The notes: a model not told the origin generated them from the sequence alone. A stretch of DNA of 64,000 nucleotides from an uncultured Eubacteriales bacterium (GCA_964642925.1 CAZXPJ010000006.1:9166-73165), one strand, 5' to 3'; shown: positions 1 to 9,369, numbered from the stretch's first letter. Program-made: numbers and translations.

Positions 1-2
1 GT

Positions 3-170
3 AAAGCCTGTGGTATCTGCTATAGACTTTGTCCCACAAGTGCTATTGTATCAAATGAAAAAGGGGAGGTGGTTCTTCAATACCCTGAAAAGTGTATAAA
101 ATGTGGTATCTGTGAAGACCATTGTCCAGATTATGCAATAATGGTTAGGAGAAATGATAATGGAAAATAA
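3..170 (+). CDS. korD: 2-oxoacid:ferredoxin oxidoreductase delta subunit (2x[4Fe-4S] ferredoxin domain), 5' end cut by window edge
   Basis: Frame 3 reads KACGICYRLCP...KCIKCGICEDHCPDYAIMVRRNDNGK*, giving two CxxCxxCxxxCP clusters. Stop TAA at 168-170 overlaps the start of the alpha-subunit gene. Confidence 0.75.
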   Translation, partial: KACGICYRLCPTSAIVSNEKGEVVLQYPEKCIKCGICEDHCPDYAIMVRRNDNGK

Positions 171-1305
171 ACCAAGACTTATACAAGGTAATAGAGCAGT
201 TGCAGAAGGTGCAATTGCCGCAGGAGTAAAGTTTTTTGCAGGGTATCCTATCACACCTTCTACTGAAATAGCTGAGATACTTGCCGAGTTATTACCCAAA
301 AATGGTGGAAAATTTATTCAAATGGAAGATGAAATTGCAGGGATGGCAGCTATTATTGGTGCTTCATTAACAGGTAAAAAATCATTAACTGCTAGTAGTG
401 GACCAGGTATATCATTAAAACAAGAAAATGTGGGTTATGCTCAAATCACTGAAACTCCTTGTGTGATTGTAAATGTGCAAAGATTAGGACCAAGCACTGG
501 AGGGCCAACTTTACCGTCGCAAGGGGATATTATGCAAGCAAGATGGGGAAGCCATGGTGATAGTCCGATAATAGCACTATGTCCTATTTCAGTTCCAGAA
601 TGTTTTAGTATGACAATTAAAGCAGTTAATTTGTCTGAAAAATTTAGAACCCCCGTTTATCTTTTAATGGATGAAGTAATTGGCCATATGAGAGAAAGAA
701 TTGTAATCCCAAATAAAGAAGATATAGAAATAGTAGATAGAAAAAGAACAACAAAAAAACCAGGAGAATATAAGCCCTATGCAGTAGAAGAGGGGTCTAA
801 AGTTCCGGATTTTGCTGATTTTGGTAAAGGTTATAAATGGCATGTTACTGGTTTAATTCATGATGAAACTGGTTTCCCAAGTAATAGCACAAAAGAAGTG
901 AAAAATTTATTAGATAGAATTATGACGAAATTTGATGATCATCTAGATGAAATTATTATGTACGAAGAACTAGAAATAGAAGATGCAGAAACTGTAATCG
1001 TTGCATACGGCAGTGTTGCTAGATCTGCTATTGCGGCAGTTAAAAAATTAAGAGATTCTGGGGAAAAAGTAGGAGTTTTTATACCCAAAACTATTTGGCC
1101 TTTCCCAGAAAAAAGACTTCGTGAAATTGTTCAAGGAAATTGTAAAAAAATAATTTCAGCAGAAATGAACTACGGACAATTATCTCTAGAAATTGAAAGA
1201 ATAGTTGTTAAATATGTAGATTTCGATACAGCACTAAAATCAAACGGCTTAATAATTACTCCGGAAGAAATAATAGACAAAGTAAGAGGGGGAGATATTT
1301 TATGA
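154..1305 (+). CDS. korA: 2-oxoacid:ferredoxin oxidoreductase alpha subunit (KOR/VOR type)
   Basis: 383-aa ORF with N-terminus GNRAVAEGAIAAGVKFFAGYPITPSTEI, typical of OFOR alpha subunits. SD AGGAG at 147-151 fits the second ATG at 160 better than the one at 154. Confidence 0.9.
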   Translation: MIMENKPRLIQGNRAVAEGAIAAGVKFFAGYPITPSTEIAEILAELLPKNGGKFIQMEDEIAGMAAIIGASLTGKKSLTASSGPGISLKQENVGYAQITETPCVIVNVQRLGPSTGGPTLPSQGDIMQARWGSHGDSPIIALCPISVPECFSMTIKAVNLSEKFRTPVYLLMDEVIGHMRERIVIPNKEDIEIVDRKRTTKKPGEYKPYAVEEGSKVPDFADFGKGYKWHVTGLIHDETGFPSNSTKEVKNLLDRIMTKFDDHLDEIIMYEELEIEDAETVIVAYGSVARSAIAAVKKLRDSGEKVGVFIPKTIWPFPEKRLREIVQGNCKKIISAEMNYGQLSLEIERIVVKYVDFDTALKSNGLIITPEEIIDKVRGGDIL

Positions 1306-2132
1306 AAGAAGAATTAAAACCATTATTTAGGATGAATAAGCTCCCCCATATTTGGTGTCCTGGTTGTGGGAATGGAATAGTAATGAGAACAATTGCTCAA
1401 GCAATTAAGGAATCTGATATAGATTTGGACCGAACTGTTATTGTTTCTGGAATAGGTTGTTCCTCTAGATCAACAGGTTATATGAATTTTGATACAGTCC
1501 ATACGACTCATGGAAGAGCATTAGCTTTTGCAACAGGGATTAAAACTGCAGAACCTGATCTTAATGTATTTGTTATTACAGGAGATGGAGATGCTACAGC
1601 AATTGGTGGTAACCACTTTATACACGCAGCTAGAAGAAATATTGACCTAAATGTAATTCTTTTTAATAATAATATTTATGGTATGACTGGTGGACAATAT
1701 TCTCCAATGACCCCTCAAGGTGAGCTTGCGACCACATCACCATATGGTAATGTGGAAAATAATTTTGATATTCCCAAGCTAGCAATAGCTGCCGGAGCAA
1801 CATACGTAGGTAGGAGTACAACATATCATGACAAACTCTTAGTTACTTTAATAAAAGAAGGAATTAAGAACAAAGGCTTTTCTCTTACAGAAGCAATTAC
1901 AATGTGCCCCATATCTTATGGAAGAAAAAACAAATATGGTGATGGTGCCGATATGATCCTATGGCAAAAAGAAAATAGTGTTAATATTAAAGCGGCAGAA
2001 AAACTAGGCGCAGATAAAGTAAAAGGAAAACATATCATAGGAGAGCTATATAATGAAAGTAAACCTTCGTATAATGATTTATATAATAATATAATCACTA
2101 GACTTAAAAAGGAGGGGAATTCTTCTTTATGA
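1302..2132 (+). CDS. korB: 2-oxoacid:ferredoxin oxidoreductase beta subunit (TPP-binding)
   Basis: WCPGCGNG Cys motif and GDGDATAIGGNH TPP/Mg motif. ATGA overlap with the alpha gene and a GGGGGAG SD. Confidence 0.9.
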   Translation: MKEELKPLFRMNKLPHIWCPGCGNGIVMRTIAQAIKESDIDLDRTVIVSGIGCSSRSTGYMNFDTVHTTHGRALAFATGIKTAEPDLNVFVITGDGDATAIGGNHFIHAARRNIDLNVILFNNNIYGMTGGQYSPMTPQGELATTSPYGNVENNFDIPKLAIAAGATYVGRSTTYHDKLLVTLIKEGIKNKGFSLTEAITMCPISYGRKNKYGDGADMILWQKENSVNIKAAEKLGADKVKGKHIIGELYNESKPSYNDLYNNIITRLKKEGNSSL

Positions 2133-2668
2133 GTACAGAAAATTTTAGGATTTCCGGTTCAGGCGGTCAAGGAATTATCACCTTAGGAATAATTCTTGCA
2201 GAGGCTGCAATTCAAAATGGTAAATTAGCAGTTCAATCTCAAAGTTATGGTCCAGAAGCAAGGGGCGGAGCTAGTAAATGTGAAGTAATAATTAGCGATG
2301 AAGAAATTTTTTACCCTAAAATAATTATTCCTGATGTTTTGATATCTATGAGTCAAAAAGCTGCAGATAAATATGGTGAGGAAATTACAGAAGGTGGAAT
2401 AATTATTATAGATTCTAGTATGGTAGAAAATTTTGAAAATCAAAAAGCTAAAATCTATAATTTGCCCATAACTCAAATAGCGAGAGAAGAATTTGACAAT
2501 CCTTTATATGCTAATATCTTAATGTTAGGTGCAGTAGTTGGTATAACTGAAATAATATCTATAGATAAAATGAAAGAAGCAATTAAAATAAGATTCCCTA
2601 AAGTATATGAAATAAATATACAAGCCCTTGAAAAAGGTTATACAGAAGCAAAAAAGCTATTGGATTAA
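2129..2668 (+). CDS. korC: 2-oxoacid:ferredoxin oxidoreductase gamma subunit
   Basis: 179 aa with ISGSGGQGI and YGPEARGG motifs of OFOR gamma subunits. ATGA overlap with the beta gene. Confidence 0.88.
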   Translation: MSTENFRISGSGGQGIITLGIILAEAAIQNGKLAVQSQSYGPEARGGASKCEVIISDEEIFYPKIIIPDVLISMSQKAADKYGEEITEGGIIIIDSSMVENFENQKAKIYNLPITQIAREEFDNPLYANILMLGAVVGITEIISIDKMKEAIKIRFPKVYEINIQALEKGYTEAKKLLD

Positions 2669-2687
2669 TACTCCAATAGCTTTTTTT
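2651..2687. terminator. Bidirectional intrinsic terminator between korC and putP
   Basis: Perfect 14-bp stem AAAAAGCTATTGGA / TCCAATAGCTTTTT with a 7-nt loop. It has an A-run on one side and a T-run on the other, and lies between convergent genes. Confidence 0.8.
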
Positions 2688-2709
2688 AATGATTATTTTT
2701 TAAAAAATT

Positions 2710-4197
2710 TTATATTTTACTCTCAAGAACTGAATCAAACTCATCTTGGATTTCTTGACTTGGTTCTTTATCAAATAAAGATATTATTAGAATAAAGAAA
2801 CATGAAATAAAGAAGCCAGGAACTATTTCATATAATTCGAAAATACCACCATTTAAATTGTGCCAAATTATTGCTGTTAGCCCACCACTTATCATACCTG
2901 CTAAAGCTCCATTTCTAGTAGTTCTTTTCCAAAATAGAGAAAAAAGTATAAGAGGTCCAAAGGCTGAACCGAAACCTGCCCAGGCATAAGCTACGAGATC
3001 TAGAACTGAGCTAGTTGGGTTTAGAGCAATAATATAGGCGATTATGGCAATTATTATAACAGAAATACGACTTACTCTAATGAGTTCTTTATCAGTTGCA
3101 TCTTTATTAAAGAGAGTTCTATAAAAATCTTCAGTTACAGCTGAAGATGCTACAAGAAGTTGTGAATCAGCTGTACTCATTATTGCAGATAAAACTGCTG
3201 CTAGTAAAAAACCCGCAACAAGGGGGAAAAATAAGTCATGCACAAGAAGCATAAATACAGTTTCATGAGAACCATCCATAAGTAATTCCCCAAAGTAAGC
3301 TCTTCCAACTAATCCTACTAAAACTGCTCCTGTAAGAGAAAAACCAACCCAAGTCATGGCAATTATCCTTGCTTTCTTAATTTCAGATGAAGATTTAGTA
3401 GCCATAAATCTTACAAGAATATGAGGTTGTCCGAAGTAGCCAAGTCCCCAGGCTACTAAAGAAACCAGGGCCATAGTTCCAAGAGGATTGCCATCCATGC
3501 CAGTAGAAAAGGTAAGTAAATCAAGATTTACTTCTCTAAGGTGATCAAAGGTAGCACTAATTCCCCCCATTTTTTTAAATCCTATAAAAGGAACTATTAA
3601 TATGGTGAAAAACATAAGAATTCCTTGGAATAAATCTGTCCAGGAAACTGCAAGGAACCCTCCTAAGAAAGTATAGGAAACAACAAAAAATGCTCCCATA
3701 GTTAACGCTGATACATAAGAAATTCCAAAAATAGAGTTAAATAATTTTCCTCCCGCTACAAAGCCTGATGATGTATAAAAAATAAAAAAAACCAAGATAA
3801 AAAATGCGGATACAATTCTTAATAATTTAGTAGTATCACGATATCGATTTTCAAAAAAATCAGATAAAGTTAATGAATCATTAGAAATTTGTGTATATTG
3901 TCTTAAACGTTTAGCGACAAATTTCCAATTTAGATATGTACCAATTGCAAGCCCTATAGCAATCCAAGAAGCTTCAAGTCCCACAAGATACGCAGCTCCC
4001 GGAAGACCTAGTAGAAGCCAGCCACTCATATCAGATGCCTGAGCACTTAAAGAAGTTACCCACCCATTAAGCTGGCGTCCACCTAACATATACTCAGAAA
4101 TTGTAGTTGTTTTTTTATAAAAGAAATATCCTATACCAAGAAGAATACTTAAATAGATAAAAAAACTGATACTGACTTTTAATGCATAATCAGTCAT
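2710..4197 (-). CDS. putP: Sodium/proline symporter (SSS family)
   Basis: GGRQLNGWVTSLSAQASDMSGWLLLGLPGAAY motif and about 13 hydrophobic segments. The likely start is the ATG at 4197, preceded by AGGAGG. The ORF-track start at 4242 has no SD. Confidence 0.85.
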   Translation of the reverse strand: MTDYALKVSISFFIYLSILLGIGYFFYKKTTTISEYMLGGRQLNGWVTSLSAQASDMSGWLLLGLPGAAYLVGLEASWIAIGLAIGTYLNWKFVAKRLRQYTQISNDSLTLSDFFENRYRDTTKLLRIVSAFFILVFFIFYTSSGFVAGGKLFNSIFGISYVSALTMGAFFVVSYTFLGGFLAVSWTDLFQGILMFFTILIVPFIGFKKMGGISATFDHLREVNLDLLTFSTGMDGNPLGTMALVSLVAWGLGYFGQPHILVRFMATKSSSEIKKARIIAMTWVGFSLTGAVLVGLVGRAYFGELLMDGSHETVFMLLVHDLFFPLVAGFLLAAVLSAIMSTADSQLLVASSAVTEDFYRTLFNKDATDKELIRVSRISVIIIAIIAYIIALNPTSSVLDLVAYAWAGFGSAFGPLILFSLFWKRTTRNGALAGMISGGLTAIIWHNLNGGIFELYEIVPGFFISCFFILIISLFDKEPSQEIQDEFDSVLESKI

Positions 4198-4438
4198 TTT
4201 GCAAAAACCTCCTATTTTTAATATTGAATTTTTAAAGAGCAAAAGTTCCGAATTATTTTATCATATATTCAGAGTTAAAAAAAGTTATTCATTTAATGTA
4301 TACAAAGGGTTAAAAAGAATTGATTTTTAGTATAAAAAATGATAGTCTACCATGTATAGAACTTAGTGTTCTTGCAAAGGACATTTTTATACATAAATCC
4401 ACAAAATGTCTTTTCATAATTCACAAGGGGGAAATAAA

Positions 4439-5605
4439 ATGACAAAAAGATCAAAAATGTTTTCACTACTTTCTATAGCTTTAGTTTTTGCTCTAGTAGT
4501 AGCTGGTTGTGGTGGCAATAAAGCTCCAAAACCAGGAGACACAGCTTCAGATGTAATTAAAGTTGGTATTTTTGAACCTTTAACAGGAGATAATGCCGCA
4601 GGAGGTCAACTTACTTTAAATGGTATGAAGCTAGCTAACAAATTATATCCAGAAGTTCTTGGCAAAAAAGTAGAATTAGTTTTAGTTGACAATAAATCTG
4701 AGAGAGCAGAAGCTGCAAATGCTGTTGCTAGATTAATTGATAATGACAATGTATCAGTAATCTTAGGAAGTTACAGCTCTGGTTTATCAATGGCTGGCGG
4801 ACAGATTGCTAAAGATAAAGGAGTACCTGTAATTGGTTGTTCACCAACTAACCCACTGGTAACTTTAGATAATGATTATTACTTTAGAGTTTGTTTTATT
4901 GATCCATTCCAAGGAGCAGTAATGGCTAACTATGCAATTAATGAGTTAGGTGTTACTAAAGCTGCTATTATTAAAGAAAATGGTAGTGACTATTCAGTAG
5001 GATTAGCTAGATTCTTCTATAATGCTTTTACTGAAGCTGGTGGAGAAATTGTTGCTGATATCGATTACCAAAAAGGTGACAACGACTTTACTGCTCAATT
5101 AGGTTCTATAGAAAGTGCTAAACCAGAAGTTATTTTTGCACCAGGAGATTTCGGTCCAAGTGCATTATTAATTAAACAAGCAAGAGAAATGGGTATTGAG
5201 CTTCCATTCTTAGGTGGAGACACTTGGGAAGTAGGAGAATTCCTTGAACTTGGTGGCAAAGAAGTAAACGGAGCAACTTTCAGTTCTCACTTTACTGCTG
5301 ACGAACCTGCTACAGAAATGACTCAAACATTCCTTGATGCGTTTAAAGCAGAATATCCTAACGAAAATCCAAATGCTTTTGCAGCACTAGGTTTTGACAC
5401 ATATATATTAGCATTAGATGCAATGAATAGAGCAGACAGTTCAGAGCGTGAACCTATCAAAACTGCATTAGCAGATACTAAAGAATTTATAGGTGCTACA
5501 GGTATTATTACTTTAGATGAAAATGGTGACGCAACTAAGAGTGCTGTTGTAAACCAAGTAGTAGATGGTGAGTTTAAATTTAAACTTATTATTGAACCTA
5601 AGTAA
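4439..5605 (+). CDS. Branched-chain amino acid ABC transporter substrate-binding lipoprotein (LivJ/LivK family)
   Basis: Lipobox LVVAGC after a signal peptide and a type-I periplasmic binding fold (VIGCSPTNP, YYFRVCF). AAGGGGGA SD before the ATG at 4439. It is followed by livHMGF. Confidence 0.85.
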   Translation: MTKRSKMFSLLSIALVFALVVAGCGGNKAPKPGDTASDVIKVGIFEPLTGDNAAGGQLTLNGMKLANKLYPEVLGKKVELVLVDNKSERAEAANAVARLIDNDNVSVILGSYSSGLSMAGGQIAKDKGVPVIGCSPTNPLVTLDNDYYFRVCFIDPFQGAVMANYAINELGVTKAAIIKENGSDYSVGLARFFYNAFTEAGGEIVADIDYQKGDNDFTAQLGSIESAKPEVIFAPGDFGPSALLIKQAREMGIELPFLGGDTWEVGEFLELGGKEVNGATFSSHFTADEPATEMTQTFLDAFKAEYPNENPNAFAALGFDTYILALDAMNRADSSEREPIKTALADTKEFIGATGIITLDENGDATKSAVVNQVVDGEFKFKLIIEPK

Positions 5606-5633
5606 GAAAAATCTTTTATTTTAAGCAAAATAT

Positions 5634-5668
5634 CTTCTCCCTGCATAGATCAGGGAGAAGTATTTTTA
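5634..5668 (+). terminator. Intra-operon hairpin/terminator between the binding-protein gene and livH
   Basis: 10-bp GC-rich stem CTTCTCCCTG / CAGGGAGAAG with a 7-nt loop, followed by TATTTTTAT. Confidence 0.7.
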
Positions 5669-5705
5669 TGTTATGTTATGACACAAGTAGATGGAGAGGA
5701 TTAAA

Positions 5706-6599
5706 TTGACATTAGACGCTTTTTTGCAACATTTAGCTAACGGAATATCTCTTGGAAGTTTATATGCTTTAATAGCCATCGGTTATACTATGGTTTATGG
5801 GATATTAAGACTTATAAATTTCGCTCATGGAGAAATTTTTATGTTAAGTACTTATGTTGCTCTTTATGGAGTAGCATTATTCACCTTACCATGGCAATTA
5901 TCCTTTTTATTAGCGATTCTTTTTACAGGTATTATGGGTGTGTTAATAGAGAAAGCTGCATATAGTCCTTTAAGAGAATCTCCTAAAATGTCTGTTCTTA
6001 TTTCTGCTATTGGTATTTCTTTTTTCTTGCAGAATCTTGGTTTAGTTATTTTTACTGGAAGACCAAAAACTTTTCCAAGACCTGATTTTTTTGCGAGAAT
6101 GCATGATTTCGGTGGAATAAAAATAATGAATCTTACATTTGTAATTCCTGTTGTTACAGCTATTTTTCTAGCAATTTTAATTTTCTTAGTTAGTAAAACT
6201 AAAATGGGTATGGCAATGAGAGCAGTCTCAAAAGATTTTGAAACAGCAAGATTAATGGGTATTGATGTGGATAGAGTAATTTCTTATACATTCTTTATTG
6301 GCTCAGCTTTAGCTGCAGTAGGTGGAATTATGTGGGGAATGAAGTTCCCAAGAATTGATCCTCTAATGGGACTTCTTCCAGGATTAAAATGTTTTATAGC
6401 AGCTGTAGTCGGAGGAATTGGAAGTATAACTGGTGCAGTTATTGGAGGATTTTTCCTAGGATTATCAGAAATTATGTTAGTTGCTTTTTTCCCAGAATTT
6501 TCAGGCTATAGGGATGCTTTTGCATTTATCTTATTAATTATTATTCTCCTTGTTAAACCAACAGGTATTATCGGTGAGAAAATGACAGAGAAGGTGTGA
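5706..6599 (+). CDS. livH: Branched-chain amino acid ABC transporter permease
   Basis: LivH-type N-terminus FLQHLANGISLGSLYALIAIGYTMVYG. TTG at 5706 has a GGAGAGGA SD 6 nt upstream. The in-frame ATG at 5691 has none. Confidence 0.88.
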   Translation: MTLDAFLQHLANGISLGSLYALIAIGYTMVYGILRLINFAHGEIFMLSTYVALYGVALFTLPWQLSFLLAILFTGIMGVLIEKAAYSPLRESPKMSVLISAIGISFFLQNLGLVIFTGRPKTFPRPDFFARMHDFGGIKIMNLTFVIPVVTAIFLAILIFLVSKTKMGMAMRAVSKDFETARLMGIDVDRVISYTFFIGSALAAVGGIMWGMKFPRIDPLMGLLPGLKCFIAAVVGGIGSITGAVIGGFFLGLSEIMLVAFFPEFSGYRDAFAFILLIIILLVKPTGIIGEKMTEKV

Positions 6600-6603
6600 T
6601 CAA

Positions 6604-7665
6604 ATGGAATTTAATAAATTAAAGAAAATATTAACATTTTCAAGTTTAATTCTTCTGATTGCACTGTTATTCTTTGCTACTAACTCTCTAAATGATTATG
6701 CAATCAGAATACTAAACTTATCTGCAATATATGTAATTTTAGCAGTAAGCTTAAACCTTACTAATGGTTTTACGGGTTTGTTTTCCTTAGGACATGCTGG
6801 ATTTATGAGCATAGGTGCTTATACTACGGCATTATTTTTAATGAGTGAAAAAACAAAAAAAATGAATTTCTATATGTACGATCTGTGGGAACCTTTACAA
6901 GGAATTTCATTACATTTAATCCCTTCTTTATTATTAGGAGGTATTTTAGCAGCTATATTCGCTCTTTTTATTGGTGCACCAACATTAAAACTTAGAGGTG
7001 ATTATTTAGCCATAGCTACTTTGGGTTTTGGAGAAATAATTAGAGTTATTTTTACAAATTCTCATTCTATTACTAACGGAGCTTTAGGACTTAAAGGAAT
7101 TCCTGGAGTAACAAATCTATGGTGGAATTGGGGAATAGCAGCTTTAGTAGTTTTAATAGTAAAAAATATATTAGATTCCAGCTATGGTTTTGCCTTTAAA
7201 GCAATTAGAGATGATGAAATAGCTGCAGAATCAATGGGAATTAATATATTTAAGTATAAATTAATTTCTTTTACTATAAGTGCTTTCTTTGCTGGAATAG
7301 GTGGAGGATTATTAGCTGTATTACTTTCAACTATTGATCCTTTAATGTTTAGATTCGTATTCACTTATCAATTTTTAATGATTGTTGTAATAGGAGGACT
7401 TGGTAGTTTAACAGGATCAGTAATTAGTGGTATTTTTATAACTATTATGATGGAAGTATTAAGATTCGTAGAGCAACCTATTAATATAGGTTCATTTGTT
7501 ATTCCTGGTGTTCCTGGAATGAGAATGGTTATTTATAGTTTAGTTCTTCTCTTTGTAATACTTTTTTATCAAAAAGGAATTATGGGCACCAATGAATTTA
7601 ACTGGAAATGGATATTAAAGAAAATAGGACTTGGAAAATTGATTAAAGAGGAGGCTGCTGAATAG
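6604..7665 (+). CDS. livM: Branched-chain amino acid ABC transporter permease
   Basis: 353-aa polytopic protein with LGHAGFMSIGAYT and the LivM-type core. Positioned between livH and livG. Confidence 0.88.
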   Translation: MEFNKLKKILTFSSLILLIALLFFATNSLNDYAIRILNLSAIYVILAVSLNLTNGFTGLFSLGHAGFMSIGAYTTALFLMSEKTKKMNFYMYDLWEPLQGISLHLIPSLLLGGILAAIFALFIGAPTLKLRGDYLAIATLGFGEIIRVIFTNSHSITNGALGLKGIPGVTNLWWNWGIAALVVLIVKNILDSSYGFAFKAIRDDEIAAESMGINIFKYKLISFTISAFFAGIGGGLLAVLLSTIDPLMFRFVFTYQFLMIVVIGGLGSLTGSVISGIFITIMMEVLRFVEQPINIGSFVIPGVPGMRMVIYSLVLLFVILFYQKGIMGTNEFNWKWILKKIGLGKLIKEEAAE

Positions 7666-7667
7666 TA

Positions 7668-8435
7668 ATGGAAAAGAGTATTCTTCAAACAAAAGACCTG
7701 ACAATGGTTTTTGGTGGTTTGACAGCAGTTTCTAAATTAAATCTTGATATAAAAGAAAATGTTATTTACGGATTAATTGGACCTAATGGTGCTGGAAAAA
7801 CAACTGCATTTAATATGATAACTGGTGTTTATATGCCCACATTGGGAGATGTTATATTCGATGATATTGATATCACAAAATATAAACCAAATAAAATAAC
7901 TAATTTAGGAGTAGCTAGAACTTTTCAAAATATTAGGTTATTTACTACCATGTCTGTTTTAGATAATGTTATGGTTGCTAAACATCTAAGAATGGGAGCA
8001 AACTTATCTGAAGCAATTTTAAAGTTACCTTCATACCGAAAAAAACATAATGATTCTTATGATGAAGCAATGGAACTTCTTAAAACAGTGGATTTAGAAA
8101 AAGAAGCTAATGAATTAGCAACTTCACTACCTTATGGTAAGCAAAGACGCCTTGAAATTGCAAGAGCTCTAGCAACTAAACCAAAATTATTATTATTAGA
8201 CGAACCAGCAGCGGGAATGAATCCCCAGGAATCTATGGAACTTATGAACTTTATAGCTCAAATAAGAGATGAATTTTCTTTAACAATTTTAATGATAGAA
8301 CATCATATGAAAGTTGTTATGGGAATTTGCGAAAGGATTACAGTATTAGACTATGGACAGACAATAGCCATCGGTAATCCCGAAGAAATTCAGAATAATC
8401 AAAGAGTTATTGAAGCATACTTGGGGGTTGATTGA
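7668..8435 (+). CDS. livG: Branched-chain amino acid ABC transporter ATP-binding protein
   Basis: Walker A GPNGAGKTT, signature LPYGKQRRLEIARAL and Walker B LLLLDEPAAG. Confidence 0.9.
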   Translation: MEKSILQTKDLTMVFGGLTAVSKLNLDIKENVIYGLIGPNGAGKTTAFNMITGVYMPTLGDVIFDDIDITKYKPNKITNLGVARTFQNIRLFTTMSVLDNVMVAKHLRMGANLSEAILKLPSYRKKHNDSYDEAMELLKTVDLEKEANELATSLPYGKQRRLEIARALATKPKLLLLDEPAAGMNPQESMELMNFIAQIRDEFSLTILMIEHHMKVVMGICERITVLDYGQTIAIGNPEEIQNNQRVIEAYLGVD

Positions 8436-9143
8436 ATGTTGCTTAAATTAGAAGATCTACATGTTCATTATGGAGGGATACATGCGTTAAAAGGTATCTC
8501 TTTAGATGTTGAAAAAAATAAAATTATAACTTTAATAGGATCTAATGGTGCTGGTAAAAGCTCAACATTAAGAGCTATTTCTGGTCTAGTAAATTCTAGT
8601 TCTGGGATTATTTCTTATAAAGGTGAAGATATAACAAAAACAAAAACTACAGAAAAAGTAAAAAAAGGTATAACATTGATTCCAGAAGGAAGAAGGGTTT
8701 TCTCCAATTTAACTGTCTATGAAAATCTTCTTTTAGGTGCTTATTTAAGAAATGATAAAGTAGAAATAGATAAAGATATAGAATATATATATAATCTTTT
8801 CCCAAGATTAAAAGAGAGATTATGGCAACATGCAGGAACTCTTTCTGGTGGTGAGCAGCAAATGTTAGCTATTGGTCGAGCTTTAATGGCAAGACCAGAA
8901 TTATTAATGATGGATGAACCATCTTTAGGCTTGGCTCCTTTAGTTGTAAAAGATGTTTTTAATATTATTAAAGAAATTCATAGGGATGGTATGACTATTC
9001 TTTTAATTGAACAAAATGCTAACGCTGCTCTTAATATTGCAGATTACGGCTATGTTCTTGAAACAGGAAGGATAGTTTTACAAGGGCCAGGAAAAGAATT
9101 AGCAGAAAATGAAGAAGTAAAAAAAGCATATTTAGGAAGTTAA
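8436..9143 (+). CDS. livF: Branched-chain amino acid ABC transporter ATP-binding protein
   Basis: Walker A GSNGAGKSS, signature LSGGEQQMLAIGRAL and Walker B LLMMDEPS. It abuts the livG stop. Confidence 0.9.
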   Translation: MLLKLEDLHVHYGGIHALKGISLDVEKNKIITLIGSNGAGKSSTLRAISGLVNSSSGIISYKGEDITKTKTTEKVKKGITLIPEGRRVFSNLTVYENLLLGAYLRNDKVEIDKDIEYIYNLFPRLKERLWQHAGTLSGGEQQMLAIGRALMARPELLMMDEPSLGLAPLVVKDVFNIIKEIHRDGMTILLIEQNANAALNIADYGYVLETGRIVLQGPGKELAENEEVKKAYLGS

Positions 9144-9208
9144 CTTTTGTCTATTTTGGCTTAACACCTAGGATTGTATAAATTTTCAGAAATTTCTATT
9201 AATTCCCC

Positions 9209-9237
9209 TTGATTTTAAAAAACTTATAGCTTATTAT
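9209..9237 (+). promoter_or_regulatory. Sigma-A-type promoter upstream of the sdh leader
   Basis: TTGATT (9209-9214), 17-nt spacer, TATTAT (9232-9237). Confidence 0.55.
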
Positions 9238-9268
9238 TAAGTTTAATAAATAAACGGGGGTGAAAAGA

Positions 9269-9340
9269 TTGATCAAAGCACTAAATATATTTAATCAATT
9301 TAGTAAGAAACGAAAAAGTGAGGCTATTAAGCAACTCTAG
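9269..9340 (+). CDS. Candidate 23-codon leader peptide ORF (LIKALNIFNQFSKKRKSEAIKQL)
   Basis: GGGGGTG SD 7 nt before TTG at 9269. The stop TAG at 9338-9340 lies directly after the 5' arm of the downstream terminator hairpin. Confidence 0.2.
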   Translation: MIKALNIFNQFSKKRKSEAIKQL

Positions 9341-9369
9341 ACATAATCTGTTAAGGGTTGCTTTTTTTT
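9329..9369 (+). terminator. Terminator-like hairpin in the sdhC leader
   Basis: 9-bp stem AAGCAACTC / GGGTTGCTT (one G-U pair), 17-nt loop, then a T8 run. It lies 50 nt upstream of the sdhC ATG. Confidence 0.5.

Noticed and set aside
51-299. 82-aa minus-strand ORF overlapping korD/korA. The same issue applies to many other 60-119-aa ORFs antisense to strong genes, for example 1916-2098, 2225-2476, 7182-7364, 11993-12196, 14414-14856, 15967-16149, 16682-16876, 23513-23740, 24157-24339, 24616-24861, 26740-27210, 27546-27806, 28097-28318, 30102-30296, 31008-31217, 34190-34405 and 35274-35513.
   Set aside because: These are shadow ORFs on the opposite strand of genes with clear conserved motifs. 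Their composition is low-complexity and Ile/Phe/Leu/Ser-rich, as expected from AT-rich antisense frames, and they have no SD.
4242-4256. CodY-box-like sequence AAAGTTCCGAATTAT near the putP/liv divergent region.
   Set aside because: Only 9 of 15 positions match AATTTTCWGAAAATT, and the central W is a C. That is too weak to call.
4359-4371. GAAC-TTAGT-GTTC as a LexA box upstream of liv.
   Set aside because: The spacer is 5 nt rather than the 4 nt of Cheo boxes. It is better explained as the inner hairpin of the nested repeat.
5323-5646. 107-aa minus-strand ORF overlapping the 3' end of the liv binding-protein gene.
   Set aside because: It is antisense to a gene with clear family features, and its N-terminus would start inside the livJ-livH terminator hairpin.
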